Below are positions 46,876 to 55,736 of a stretch of 64,000 bases of DNA, one piece after another. The notes beneath the pieces are model-generated. The model worked only from the letters and a program-made list of their open reading frames with translations, was not told the DNA's origin and made no database searches. How positions within the stretch are numbered: the first letter of the stretch is position 1; the number at the start of each line of letters is the position of its first letter. This DNA is from Candidatus Latescibacterota bacterium (GTDB taxonomy: Bacteria; Latescibacterota; UBA2968; UBA8231): contig CBDAOB010000004.1 of the NCBI GenBank assembly GCA_965197905.1, forward strand, positions 1,856,001 through 1,920,000, read 5' to 3'. The translations under genes were made by a program, and so were the position numbers.

Positions 46876-48543
46876 ATGGACCTCAGCGTCATCATTCTGA
46901 GTTACAACACCAAGGATCTGCTCGAGCAGGCTTTGCACACGGTTGCGGAAGCGGCAGCCGGCATGGCGGCGGAGGTGTTTGTCGTGGACAATGCTTCTCG
47001 CGACGGCAGCGCGGATATGGTGGCCCAGAATTTTCCCAAGGTTAGGCTGATACGGAACCAGAAAAATCTTGGATTCGCTGCCGGCAACAACGTGGCGCTG
47101 CGACGGGTGGTAGGACGTTACATCCTGTTGCTAAACTCCGATACCATCGTACGCCAGGATACGCTGCGGTGCCTGGTGTCGTTCCTGGAGGGGCATCCGG
47201 AAGCTGGCGCCGCCGGTTGCAAGATCTTGAATCCTGACGGCTCGTTGCAGCTGTCCTGCAGGCGCGGCTTCCCCACCCCCACAGCGGCGCTATCCAAGCT
47301 TTTCGGGTTGAGCTGGATCTTTCCCAACAGCGCGATATTCGCCCGCTACAATCTGACCTATCTCGATCCGGACGACACCAACGAGGTCGATGCGTTGTCC
47401 GGTTCCTGCATGATGGTTCGCAAGGAGGCGATGGACCAGGCAGGTTTGCTGGACGAGGATTATTTCTTCTTCGGGGAGGATCTCGACTGGTGCTTCTGTA
47501 TTCGCGAAGCGGGGTGGAAGATCTTCTACGTTCCGGAAACCGAGATCATTCACTTCAAAGGGGAAAGCAGTCGCGAAGAGGAGATGCGTGTCCTGTACCG
47601 TTTCTACGAGGCCATGTCGATCTTCGCCAAGAAACACATGCAGCGACGTTATAGATTTTTCCCCATGTGGCTGCTGCACGTCGGCATCGTGCTCCACGGT
47701 ATGTTCTCGTTTGGCGCGCGGGTTGGACGGCGACTGGCGCTTCCGCTCATCGACGGCGCGCTGGTACTGGCAGGCATCAAATTCGGGCTCGCCTTGCGTT
47801 ACCATTCGTCAACAACGCCGCTGATCCATGCCGTCGAACGGGCGGCTACCCATTTGGGATTGGACGCAAACCCCACGCGTTGGTTGACGCCCCCTGCCTA
47901 CACCGACCTGCAGTGGTTTTTCGTATACGCCGTGTCCACCGCCATATGGCTGGTCGCGTTCCAACTGCTGGGCCTATACGATCGTCGCAAATTATCCGCG
48001 TTGTGGGCGACGATAGCGGTGGCTTTCGGATTTGCTGGGATCGTCACCACCGTGTTTTTCTTCAAAGCGTACAACTTCTCGCGTCTGGCCGCGGGCACGG
48101 CCTGGTTCTTCAATACCATCTTTATTGCCGGCTGGCGTCTGGTTGCTGCGCGCCTTGCAGCCAGGGCCGGCAGCCTGGGCCGGCAGCGCATCCTTGTGGT
48201 TGGTCCTGAACCGTCGGCGCGGGATTTTCTGGAGCAACTTGCGACCGGGGGTGAGCGCGACTACGACGTGGTAGGTGTGGTGGGCGAGGTGCCCGAATCT
48301 CGCGGCCGGGTGGTGGCGGGGAAACCCACGATCGGGTTGGTGCAAGACCTCCAGCGACTGGTGAGGGAGTACAACATCGCCGGTTTGGTGTTCTTGCCCG
48401 GGGCGACCCCGTCGCTGCAGGAGATGGGGAAGCGATGGGGTCGCAAACACCTCCGCATCTATATGATCGTCGGCGACATCGGCACGGGTGGTTCTCCGGC
48501 GCCGACAGAGCTTCCTTTGATCGAGATCCTGCCCAAGCGCTGA
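46876..48543 (+). CDS. GT2 (rhamnosyltransferase-like) fused to TM segments and a CoA-binding-like domain
   Basis: VDNASRDGS, NLGFAAGNN, LNSDT, SGSCM, GEDLD, HFKGES, then TM helices and RILVVG. Confidence 0.85.
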   Translation: MDLSVIILSYNTKDLLEQALHTVAEAAAGMAAEVFVVDNASRDGSADMVAQNFPKVRLIRNQKNLGFAAGNNVALRRVVGRYILLLNSDTIVRQDTLRCLVSFLEGHPEAGAAGCKILNPDGSLQLSCRRGFPTPTAALSKLFGLSWIFPNSAIFARYNLTYLDPDDTNEVDALSGSCMMVRKEAMDQAGLLDEDYFFFGEDLDWCFCIREAGWKIFYVPETEIIHFKGESSREEEMRVLYRFYEAMSIFAKKHMQRRYRFFPMWLLHVGIVLHGMFSFGARVGRRLALPLIDGALVLAGIKFGLALRYHSSTTPLIHAVERAATHLGLDANPTRWLTPPAYTDLQWFFVYAVSTAIWLVAFQLLGLYDRRKLSALWATIAVAFGFAGIVTTVFFFKAYNFSRLAAGTAWFFNTIFIAGWRLVAARLAARAGSLGRQRILVVGPEPSARDFLEQLATGGERDYDVVGVVGEVPESRGRVVAGKPTIGLVQDLQRLVREYNIAGLVFLPGATPSLQEMGKRWGRKHLRIYMIVGDIGTGGSPAPTELPLIEILPKR

Positions 48544-48550
48544 TTCCAAT

Positions 48551-50362
48551 TTGAGCGCTTCATCAACCGCGACGTCGACTCCAACGGCAAAGGCTCTGCT
48601 TTGTAGTTTCATCGGCGCGCTCCTGTTGGCGTTGAGCCTGACTGCTCCAACAGAGGCGCGTCAGCGACTGACCACCAAATCGGCGTTAAGACTGGTGGCG
48701 GAGATCCACGATAGAATCCATCGGTACTACGTGGAGGAGGTGGACAGCACCCTCATTGTCGAGGGTGCTGTGCGGGGATTGAGTCGAAGATTGGCGGCGC
48801 TCGGCGCGGATGCTGCTGAGACGGTGGGGCAACCCCTGATGTCGATGGCGCCGGCGTGGAAGCGCGGGGAGATCGCGGCCGACGACCTTCCTAAGAGCGG
48901 CCGCACCGCGTTGAAAGAGTTTGAACGCACCTTCCGTCAGGCCCGGTTGAACTACATGTCCCAGCTCCCGGTAGATTCATTGGCGCGCAGCGCCATCGAT
49001 GGCATGCTGTCCACCCTCGATCCCCACTCCACCTATCTAGAACCGATGGAGAACGAATCGATGCAGGAGCGATTCCGCGGCGACTTCGAAGGCATAGGGA
49101 TCTATTTCGAGTTTCGGCAGGGCCGGCTCCTAGTCATTTCGCCCATCGTCGGCTCTCCCTCCTACGGCAAGCTGCGGGCGGGCGACGAAATCGCCCGGAT
49201 TGAAAATCGCTCCACCGAGGGTATTACCGCCGACCAGGTCATGGAACGGTTGCGCGGACCCAAAGGCTCACGAGTGCGCGTCACAGTGCAGCGACCGGGG
49301 CTTGAAGAGCTGTTGCACTTGACCATTCAGCGAGACCGGATTCAGCTGAGCAGCGTGCCTTACGTATTCACGCTGGGCGCCGGGGTTGGCTACATTCGTA
49401 TCATCCAATTCACCGAGTCCACCGGGTCCGAAGTAGAGTCCGCCCTCGAACTGCTCAGAAATGACAGCATGAAAGCCCTGATCCTGGACCTTAGGGGCAA
49501 CGGCGGGGGTCTGTTGTCACAAGCGGTGGAGGTGGCCGCTTATTTTGTCGATTACGGCGATCTCATCGTCTACACCATGGGTAGGGACGCGCACTCTCGT
49601 CGCGACTATCGCGCCCGTCGCCCGCGCGCCGGAAAGCCGCTGCCGCTGGTGGTCCTGATCGACGAAGGCAGCGCCAGCGCCGCAGAGATTCTCGCCGGTG
49701 CGATCCAGGACCTGGATCTCGGCTTGGTGGCCGGTCAGACCAGTTTTGGTAAGGGTTTGGTGCAGGAGCAATTTCCTCTCAGCGGCAACGGCGGCCTCCT
49801 GCTGTTGACCGTCGCCCGTTATTATTCGCCGCTTGGCCGGCTTATTCAACGTCCATTTTCCGCCGATTTCGAGGCGTACTATCGGAGCAGCGGAGCAGCA
49901 AATACGGGTGCCATACGCACGGAATTCCGCACTGAGCTTGGACGTGCGGTGTTCGGGGGGGGTGGAATCACCCCCGACGTCCTGCTTTCCGATACGCCTT
50001 TCACCGACCTCGAACAGGCGATATTGCGCTCTGGCGCCCTGTTCGATTTCGGCAGCCAGTGGGTTTCGGGGCAGGACGACTGGCCGCCGCGTTTCGACCG
50101 CTATCTGGCATCTTACGACGTGTCGGAGGAGGCGCTTGCCGGATTGCTGGAACTCCTGGAGCAGCGCGAGTTGAACCTGACCGACCAGGAGAGAGAGCGG
50201 GTCGAACCCTGGCTTAAGCAGCAGATGAGAAGCGAGTTCGCGCGGGTCCTTTGGGGAGACGAGGAGCACTATCGGATCAGCGTCGAAAGCGACCGACAAA
50301 TACTGCAGTCGCTGGATCTCGTCGTCGCCGCCGAACGCCTGGCTCAACGACGTTGGCAGTAG
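48551..50362 (+). CDS. S41 carboxyl-terminal processing protease
   Basis: LDPHS, PDZ FEGIGI, DLRGNGGG, catalytic SASAAE and GKGLVQ. Confidence 0.92.
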   Translation: MSASSTATSTPTAKALLCSFIGALLLALSLTAPTEARQRLTTKSALRLVAEIHDRIHRYYVEEVDSTLIVEGAVRGLSRRLAALGADAAETVGQPLMSMAPAWKRGEIAADDLPKSGRTALKEFERTFRQARLNYMSQLPVDSLARSAIDGMLSTLDPHSTYLEPMENESMQERFRGDFEGIGIYFEFRQGRLLVISPIVGSPSYGKLRAGDEIARIENRSTEGITADQVMERLRGPKGSRVRVTVQRPGLEELLHLTIQRDRIQLSSVPYVFTLGAGVGYIRIIQFTESTGSEVESALELLRNDSMKALILDLRGNGGGLLSQAVEVAAYFVDYGDLIVYTMGRDAHSRRDYRARRPRAGKPLPLVVLIDEGSASAAEILAGAIQDLDLGLVAGQTSFGKGLVQEQFPLSGNGGLLLLTVARYYSPLGRLIQRPFSADFEAYYRSSGAANTGAIRTEFRTELGRAVFGGGGITPDVLLSDTPFTDLEQAILRSGALFDFGSQWVSGQDDWPPRFDRYLASYDVSEEALAGLLELLEQRELNLTDQERERVEPWLKQQMRSEFARVLWGDEEHYRISVESDRQILQSLDLVVAAERLAQRRWQ

Positions 50363-50373
50363 CTCGGGCGGTA

Positions 50374-50402
50374 GTGACATTGCAACAATATTGTATTACA
50401 TT
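50374..50402 (+). promoter_or_regulatory. Promoter with a palindromic operator-like site
   Basis: GTGACA, 17 nt, TACATT. Perfect palindrome ACAATATTGT (50385-50394) in the spacer. Confidence 0.5.
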
Positions 50403-50438
50403 CGGACCTCTTCTACGCAACTATCCGGAGGTCGTTTC

Positions 50439-51128
50439 ATGTCCCAGCAGTCGCAGGTCGCAGGTGGAAGAGAGATCGTACTGCCGCTGAGCAAGGCAGT
50501 GGAGATCAGCCTGCGGAGCCTGAAGATTCGTTTCGGTCGATCTCTGATCACCACCAGTGGCGTTATCCTCGCTATCGCGTTTTTGATGTCGGTTCAAAGC
50601 AACAATCAGATCGTCGATTCGCTGCGCGCCGTTGGGAACAGCGAAATCGATCTTCGGCTGCAGCAAAACGGCGTCGAAACCGGTGCCGGTGGGGGAGAAA
50701 TCTCCGAGCGCATGCAGGAAGAGAAATCCAAACAGCTGTGGCTCATCACCCTATCGTTGCTGGTCTGCGTGGTGGGAATAGCCAACGCGATGCTGATGGC
50801 GGTTACTGAGCGCTTTCGCGAGATCGGAACGATGAAGTGTTTGGGTGCCTTGGACTCATTTATCGTGAAGCTGTTCTTGCTGGAGTCCACCTTCCAAGGT
50901 ATAGCTGGAACCACGGTCGGGATACTGATTGGTTCGGGACTGACCCTGTTGTTGGCGTTGATGGACTACGGTCAGTTTGTCATCACCTATTTCCCGAGTG
51001 CTGGCATCTTGAAGGCGGCACTTATCGCCCTGGTCGCGGGCACGGTACTATCTCTGATCGGAGCCATGCTGCCCGCCTACAGAGCCGCCAAAATGGAACC
51101 TGTAGAAGCGATGCGCAGCGACAACTAG
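50439..51128 (+). CDS. Short FtsX/MacB-like ABC permease
   Basis: GIANAMLMAVTERFREIGTMKCLGA, PAYRAAKMEPVEAMR. GGAGG RBS before ATG 50439. Confidence 0.88.
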   Translation: MSQQSQVAGGREIVLPLSKAVEISLRSLKIRFGRSLITTSGVILAIAFLMSVQSNNQIVDSLRAVGNSEIDLRLQQNGVETGAGGGEISERMQEEKSKQLWLITLSLLVCVVGIANAMLMAVTERFREIGTMKCLGALDSFIVKLFLLESTFQGIAGTTVGILIGSGLTLLLALMDYGQFVITYFPSAGILKAALIALVAGTVLSLIGAMLPAYRAAKMEPVEAMRSDN

Positions 51129-51160
51129 CGTTAGCTACTCGGCGACCAGGAGTTCAACGG

Positions 51161-51922
51161 ATGAGCGAAACAGAAAACCAGCAGGCAGACGCCCAGAAAC
51201 GCACCGTCGTCCGCACCCAGGAGGTCAAGAAGGTCTACAACATGGGCCAGATCCAGGTCCATGCCCTGCGCGGGGTCAACCTCGAGGTGTACGCCGGCGA
51301 ATATATGTCGATTATGGGTCCGTCAGGATCGGGCAAGAGCACCCTCTTCAACATGGTGGGGGGACTGGACAAGCCGAGCGAAGGCAAGGTGTATATCGAC
51401 GAGGTGGACGTTGCCCAACTGGACGCCTACGAGCTGGCCTGGCTCAGGTGTCGAAAGATCGGCTACATCTTTCAGTCATTTAATCTGATTCCGGTCATGA
51501 CCGCGCTGGAAAACGTCACCTTGCCCATGGTATTTGCCGGTCTCGGCGGCGATGAGGCGCGGGACAAGGGTCTGAGTCTATTGGACAAGGTGGGTCTGGG
51601 AGATCGCCGCTCCCACAAGCCGAACGAACTCTCCGGCGGGCAGCAACAGCGCGTCGCAGTGGCCCGCGCGCTGGCCAACGACCCGGCTGTGGTGCTGGCT
51701 GACGAGCCGACTGGAAACCTCGATCTGCGCACCGGAACAGAGATCATCGAACTGCTGCGGGAGATGAATGCCGACTCGGGTGTCACCGTCATCTCCGCAA
51801 CCCACGACCACAAGATGTTAAGCGTGTCCGACCGGGTCGTCTGGGTTTCAGACGGCGCCGTAGACCACGTCGCCAACCGCGAAGACCTAGAGATCGAGAT
51901 TACTCAAGTCGAGGGTGAGTAG
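51161..51922 (+). CDS. ABC transporter ATP-binding protein (LolD/MacB-like)
   Basis: GPSGSGKST, LSGGQQQR, LADEPTGNLD. AGGAG RBS before ATG 51161. Confidence 0.92.
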   Translation: MSETENQQADAQKRTVVRTQEVKKVYNMGQIQVHALRGVNLEVYAGEYMSIMGPSGSGKSTLFNMVGGLDKPSEGKVYIDEVDVAQLDAYELAWLRCRKIGYIFQSFNLIPVMTALENVTLPMVFAGLGGDEARDKGLSLLDKVGLGDRRSHKPNELSGGQQQRVAVARALANDPAVVLADEPTGNLDLRTGTEIIELLREMNADSGVTVISATHDHKMLSVSDRVVWVSDGAVDHVANREDLEIEITQVEGE

Positions 51923-52718
51923 CCCCTCCTTGTGGACGCTGCCTGAATACCCGGCAGAATTCTGGCCATGTGCGGTTGTGGCGGTTGTTATGGTCGGGAT
52001 CGCCAAGGCGGGGTTCGGTGGCGGGGTGGGTATCGTGGCAACGCCTTTGATCGCGCTGGCTGTAACAGTGACCGACGCTGCGGCGCTCATGCTTCCATTG
52101 TTGATGGCATGCGATCTGTTTGCCGTGCGACATTATCGCGACAGCTTCGATCGCCGCAGCATCAAGTTGCTTCTTCCCGGTGCCTTTATCGGCGTGGGAG
52201 TCGGAGCATTTTTTTTTGGGTACTTCGCGCACAATCCCCGGGTCCTGGAGGTGGGGCTTGGTTACCTGGCGCTCCTCTTCGTCCTCTTTCACGCCACCCG
52301 GTCGCTCCTTTTCGCCGCCCTTGAGAAACATCGGCCCGCCGCGTTGGAAGGCATCCTGATGGGGGCGATTTCAGGTTTCACCTCCACCCTCGCCCATGCA
52401 GGTGGTCCACCGGCAACCATGTATCTCTTGCCGCAGAAGTTTTCCCGGCATCTGTTCGTCGGTACAACGGTGATCTTTTTTGCCGCTCTCAACATCATTA
52501 AGCTGGTGCCCTACATAGCCCTCGGCTTTATGAGACCGGGGATTCTGCTCACCACCTTGGTTCTTTCCCCTTTGAGTTACATCGGCGTCAAGCTGGGGAT
52601 CTACTTGAACGGTCGTTTCAGCGAGCTCTGGTTTAACAGATTGGTCTACGGGCTCTTGCTACTAACTGGCTTGCAGCTGGTATTAGATACATCCCTGCTG
52701 AGCACGATCCTCCCTTGA
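51915..52718 (+). CDS. TauE/SafE (TSUP) family membrane protein
   Basis: GIAKAGFGGG, SGFTSTLAHAGGPP, KLVPY. Confidence 0.88.
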   Translation: MSSPSLWTLPEYPAEFWPCAVVAVVMVGIAKAGFGGGVGIVATPLIALAVTVTDAAALMLPLLMACDLFAVRHYRDSFDRRSIKLLLPGAFIGVGVGAFFFGYFAHNPRVLEVGLGYLALLFVLFHATRSLLFAALEKHRPAALEGILMGAISGFTSTLAHAGGPPATMYLLPQKFSRHLFVGTTVIFFAALNIIKLVPYIALGFMRPGILLTTLVLSPLSYIGVKLGIYLNGRFSELWFNRLVYGLLLLTGLQLVLDTSLLSTILP

Positions 52719-52738
52719 ATGCTTGAGGGCAACCCAAC

Positions 52739-52767
52739 TTGACAGGATTCGGTGCGGCCGTTAAGTT
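52739..52767 (+). promoter_or_regulatory. Sigma70 promoter of the aromatic amino-acid operon
   Basis: TTGACA (52739-44), 17 nt, TAAGTT (52762-67). Confidence 0.75.
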
Positions 52768-52806
52768 GATCGCGACTTACACGAAAAAGAGATTGAGACT
52801 AGCTTA

Positions 52807-52881
52807 ATGAACCACACAAGTTACAGATATTGGCGCCGCTTCTGGTATACCAGTGAAATTGGAGGTGCGCCTACCTGCTAG
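52807..52881 (+). CDS. Attenuator leader peptide MNHTSYRYWRRFWYTSEIGGAPTC (24 aa)
   Basis: ATG 52807 to TAG 52879-81. Codons 6-14 are TAC AGA TAT TGG CGC CGC TTC TGG TAT. Lies between the promoter and the terminator upstream of trpE. Confidence 0.85.
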   Translation: MNHTSYRYWRRFWYTSEIGGAPTC

Positions 52882-52923
52882 TCTGAATCAGTTGAGTTGA
52901 TGTTGAGAAACCGCGGGCGCACC
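52831..52923 (+). promoter_or_regulatory. Pause (1:2) and antiterminator (2:3) pairings of a transcription attenuator
   Basis: GGCGC (52832-36) pairs with GCGCC (52867-71) around an inner CTGG-TATA-CCAG hairpin. Alternatively GGTGCGCCT (52864-72) pairs with GGGCGCACC (52915-23) in the terminator 5' arm. Confidence 0.75.
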
Positions 52924-52947
52924 AGTTGCGTCCGCGGTTTTCTTTTT
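52906..52947 (+). terminator. Intrinsic attenuator terminator
   Basis: AAACCGCGGGCGCA, CCAGT loop, TGCGTCCGCGGTTT, followed by TCTTTTT. Confidence 0.9.
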
Positions 52948-52996
52948 GGCCCTATGAAATGAGATATCGAGAAGCAGCGCGACCTGGAGACAAACG

Positions 52997-55150
52997 ATGA
53001 GAGAGCGAAGCAACACAATCGAAACCTATACCACCTGCGGAGGGGTCGAGGTAACCCGCCACACCTTGGAGCTTGCGGTCCCGGACGCTTTGGGCGAGGC
53101 GTTGGAGAAGATCAACACTCGTCGCGGTGCCGTATTCGCCAGCGGCTACGAATATCCAGGGCGCTACAGCCGATGGGATATGGCGTTTGTCGATCCGCCG
53201 CTCGAAATCGTGGCCCGACAACGAGAGTTCAGTATCGGGGCGTTGAACGAAAGAGGCACGCGGATACTGAGAATGTTGCGAGGCGCCCTGGAGGGGCTTG
53301 CCCATCTGGATCACCTCGACGCGGGCGCGCGCCGGCTGGAAGGCAGAATCCGGGAAATGCCCAGCTATTTTCCAGAGGAGGAGCGCAGCAAACAGCCGAC
53401 GGTCTTCAGTGTCATGCGATCCCTTGTGCAAACCATGAAATCGACGGTTGATCCCCACCTGGGGTTTTACGGGGCCATGGGCTACGATCTCGTCTTTCAG
53501 TTCGAGCCGATCGAGCTGCGACATATCCGCGATCGGCACCGACCGGACCTGCACCTTTTCCTCCCCGACGAACTGATCGTGATCGACCACCGGAAAGAGC
53601 AGGCCCACTGCTACCAATACGATTTCGCCCAAGAGGGAATCGACACTGCCGGTGTCGAACGCAGCGGCGAAGCGATGCCGCTGACGAAAGGCTCTACGAC
53701 CCCCATAACGAGCGATCACCGACCCGGGGAGTACGCCGAAAAAGTCAAAGAGATCATCGCCGGAACCGAGCGCGGCGACTTCTTCGAGGTAGTCTTGAGT
53801 CAGGTGCTCAGTGCCGGGTATTCAGGTACCCCCAAGGACCTGTTTGAAAACATCCGCGAGCGCAATCCCAGTCCGTACGAGTTCCTGGTCAATCTCGGCG
53901 ACGAGCAGCTGATCGGGGCGTCCCCGGAGATGTTTGTCCGCGTCGAGGGTTCGAAGGTAGAAACCTGCCCCATATCAGGCACAGTTCGACGAGGCGTCAC
54001 GCCGATGCAAGACGCTCAGCGAATCCTGGAGCTGCTCAATTCCGCAAAAGACGAAGCCGAGCTGACGATGTGCACCGACGTTGATCGCAACGACAAATCC
54101 CGGGTTTGTCAACCAGGGTCGGTCCAGGTTGAAGGCAGGCGGCTTATCGAGATTTACTCCCGCTTGATTCACACCGTGGACTACGTCGTTGGCGAACTGA
54201 AGAAGGACTGCGACGGATTCGACGCCTTGCTCTCGCACATGTGGGCTTGCACTCTGACGGGTGCACCCAAACCGGCGGCCATGCAGCGCGTCGAGGATCT
54301 GGAGAACTCGGCACGAGAATGGTACGGGGGCTGCGTCGGCATGGTGCTCTTCAACGGCGACATCAACACCGGGATCACCATTCGCACCGTACACCTGCGC
54401 CAGGGTATCGCTCGAGTGCGTGCTGGTGCGACCCTGTTGTGCGACTCCGATCCGGAAGAGGAGGAGCAGGAGACCCGGACCAAAGCCGAAGCGTTCATCA
54501 ACGCCGTCGTCGGTCAAGATGCGGCGGTCGTGAACCGCGCCTCGCCCGTAGCCGGCATGGGCAACGGGAAACGAGTACTGTTTGTGGATAACCGGGACTC
54601 CTTCGTGCACACCCTTGCCAATTACGTGCGCCAGACCGGTGCTGAAGTGACTACCGTGCGTGCCGGATTTCCCCTCGAGATCATCGCCGAGGTCGACCCC
54701 GGCCTCGTGTTTATCTCGCCAGGGCCGGGGACCCCAAAACAACTGGGGGTGCCGCAGCTGGTGCGGGAATGCTTCGATAGAGAGCTCCCCATGTTTGGAG
54801 TCTGTTTGGGTCTGCAGGGTCTAGTAGAGGGGTTCGGCGGCGAACTAGATGTGCTGTCTTACCCGATGCACGGCAAGACGTCGACGATTCAGTGCGAACC
54901 TAGCGGCATCTTGCGCGGTTTTCCGCCTGAATTCGGCGCCGGCAGATATCATTCGCTATACGCTCGGCAGGACGCCCTGCCCGACTGCTTCAAGATTCTG
55001 GCCAGCACCGAAGACGGCGTCATCATGGCCATCGAGCACCGCGATTATCCAGCGGCTGCGGTGCAGTTTCATCCGGAGTCGATTCTGACCCTGGAAGAGG
55101 ATCTGGGGCTGCGTCTGATAGGGCAAGTGGTGCATCAATTGGCACGATGA
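52997..55150 (+). CDS. trpE: Fused anthranilate synthase TrpE(G)
   Basis: SGYEYPGRY, NPSPY, GASPEMFV, PISGT, ELTMCTDVDRND, TGAPK, then a GATase domain: DSFVHTL, SPGPG, GVCLG, GRYHSL, QFHPES. Confidence 0.93.
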   Translation: MRERSNTIETYTTCGGVEVTRHTLELAVPDALGEALEKINTRRGAVFASGYEYPGRYSRWDMAFVDPPLEIVARQREFSIGALNERGTRILRMLRGALEGLAHLDHLDAGARRLEGRIREMPSYFPEEERSKQPTVFSVMRSLVQTMKSTVDPHLGFYGAMGYDLVFQFEPIELRHIRDRHRPDLHLFLPDELIVIDHRKEQAHCYQYDFAQEGIDTAGVERSGEAMPLTKGSTTPITSDHRPGEYAEKVKEIIAGTERGDFFEVVLSQVLSAGYSGTPKDLFENIRERNPSPYEFLVNLGDEQLIGASPEMFVRVEGSKVETCPISGTVRRGVTPMQDAQRILELLNSAKDEAELTMCTDVDRNDKSRVCQPGSVQVEGRRLIEIYSRLIHTVDYVVGELKKDCDGFDALLSHMWACTLTGAPKPAAMQRVEDLENSAREWYGGCVGMVLFNGDINTGITIRTVHLRQGIARVRAGATLLCDSDPEEEEQETRTKAEAFINAVVGQDAAVVNRASPVAGMGNGKRVLFVDNRDSFVHTLANYVRQTGAEVTTVRAGFPLEIIAEVDPGLVFISPGPGTPKQLGVPQLVRECFDRELPMFGVCLGLQGLVEGFGGELDVLSYPMHGKTSTIQCEPSGILRGFPPEFGAGRYHSLYARQDALPDCFKILASTEDGVIMAIEHRDYPAAAVQFHPESILTLEEDLGLRLIGQVVHQLAR

Positions 55151-55153
55151 GCC

Positions 55154-55720
55154 ATGCTTCTTCTACTTGATAATTACGATTCGTTTACATACAATTTGGC
55201 CCAATATCTGGGAGAACTGGGTAGTGACGTTCGGGTCGTGCGCAGCGATGCCATCCGCCTCGCGGACGTCGATGAACTGGGTCCCGAAAGAATCGTGATT
55301 TCGCCGGGGCCCCGCACCCCGAACGACGCCGGAATCTCGGTGGATGTTGTTCGGCACGTGGCAGGCAGGATTCCTCTCCTGGGCGTTTGTTTGGGACACC
55401 AGGCCATCGGCCAAGCCTTCGGCGGCGACATTTCCCGAGCGCCCGCCATCATGCATGGGAAGACCTCACTCATCCATCACGATGGCAATACCATCTTCCG
55501 CGGCCTCCAAAATCCGCTTACAGCGACGCGGTACCACTCACTGGTCGTGGAGCGCACCACGTTTCCGGACTGTTTGGAGATCTCGGCCGCAACGAAGGAT
55601 GGGGTGATTATGGGGTTGCGCCACCGCTCGTGTCTGCTGGAGGGGGTGCAGTTCCATCCCGAATCGATTTTGACGACCGAAGGCAAGAACCTGCTGAGGA
55701 ACTTCCTCGAGCTGGCGTGA
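55154..55720 (+). CDS. trpG: Anthranilate/aminodeoxychorismate synthase glutamine amidotransferase subunit
   Basis: [34 protein letters not shown]. Could act as PabA. Confidence 0.9.
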   Translation: MLLLLDNYDSFTYNLAQYLGELGSDVRVVRSDAIRLADVDELGPERIVISPGPRTPNDAGISVDVVRHVAGRIPLLGVCLGHQAIGQAFGGDISRAPAIMHGKTSLIHHDGNTIFRGLQNPLTATRYHSLVVERTTFPDCLEISAATKDGVIMGLRHRSCLLEGVQFHPESILTTEGKNLLRNFLELA

Positions 55721-55736
55721 TCGACAGGAGAAGCGG

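Noticed and set aside
50837..51160. N-terminal extension of the ABC ATPase ORF
   Set aside because: It overlaps the permease gene out of frame. ATG 51161 has an RBS and gives a normal-length protein.
52770..52950. T-box riboswitch upstream of trpE/trpS
   Set aside because: No GGTGGNACCGCG T-box (only GAAACCGCG) and no recognisable stem I. The uORF-based model explains the pairings.
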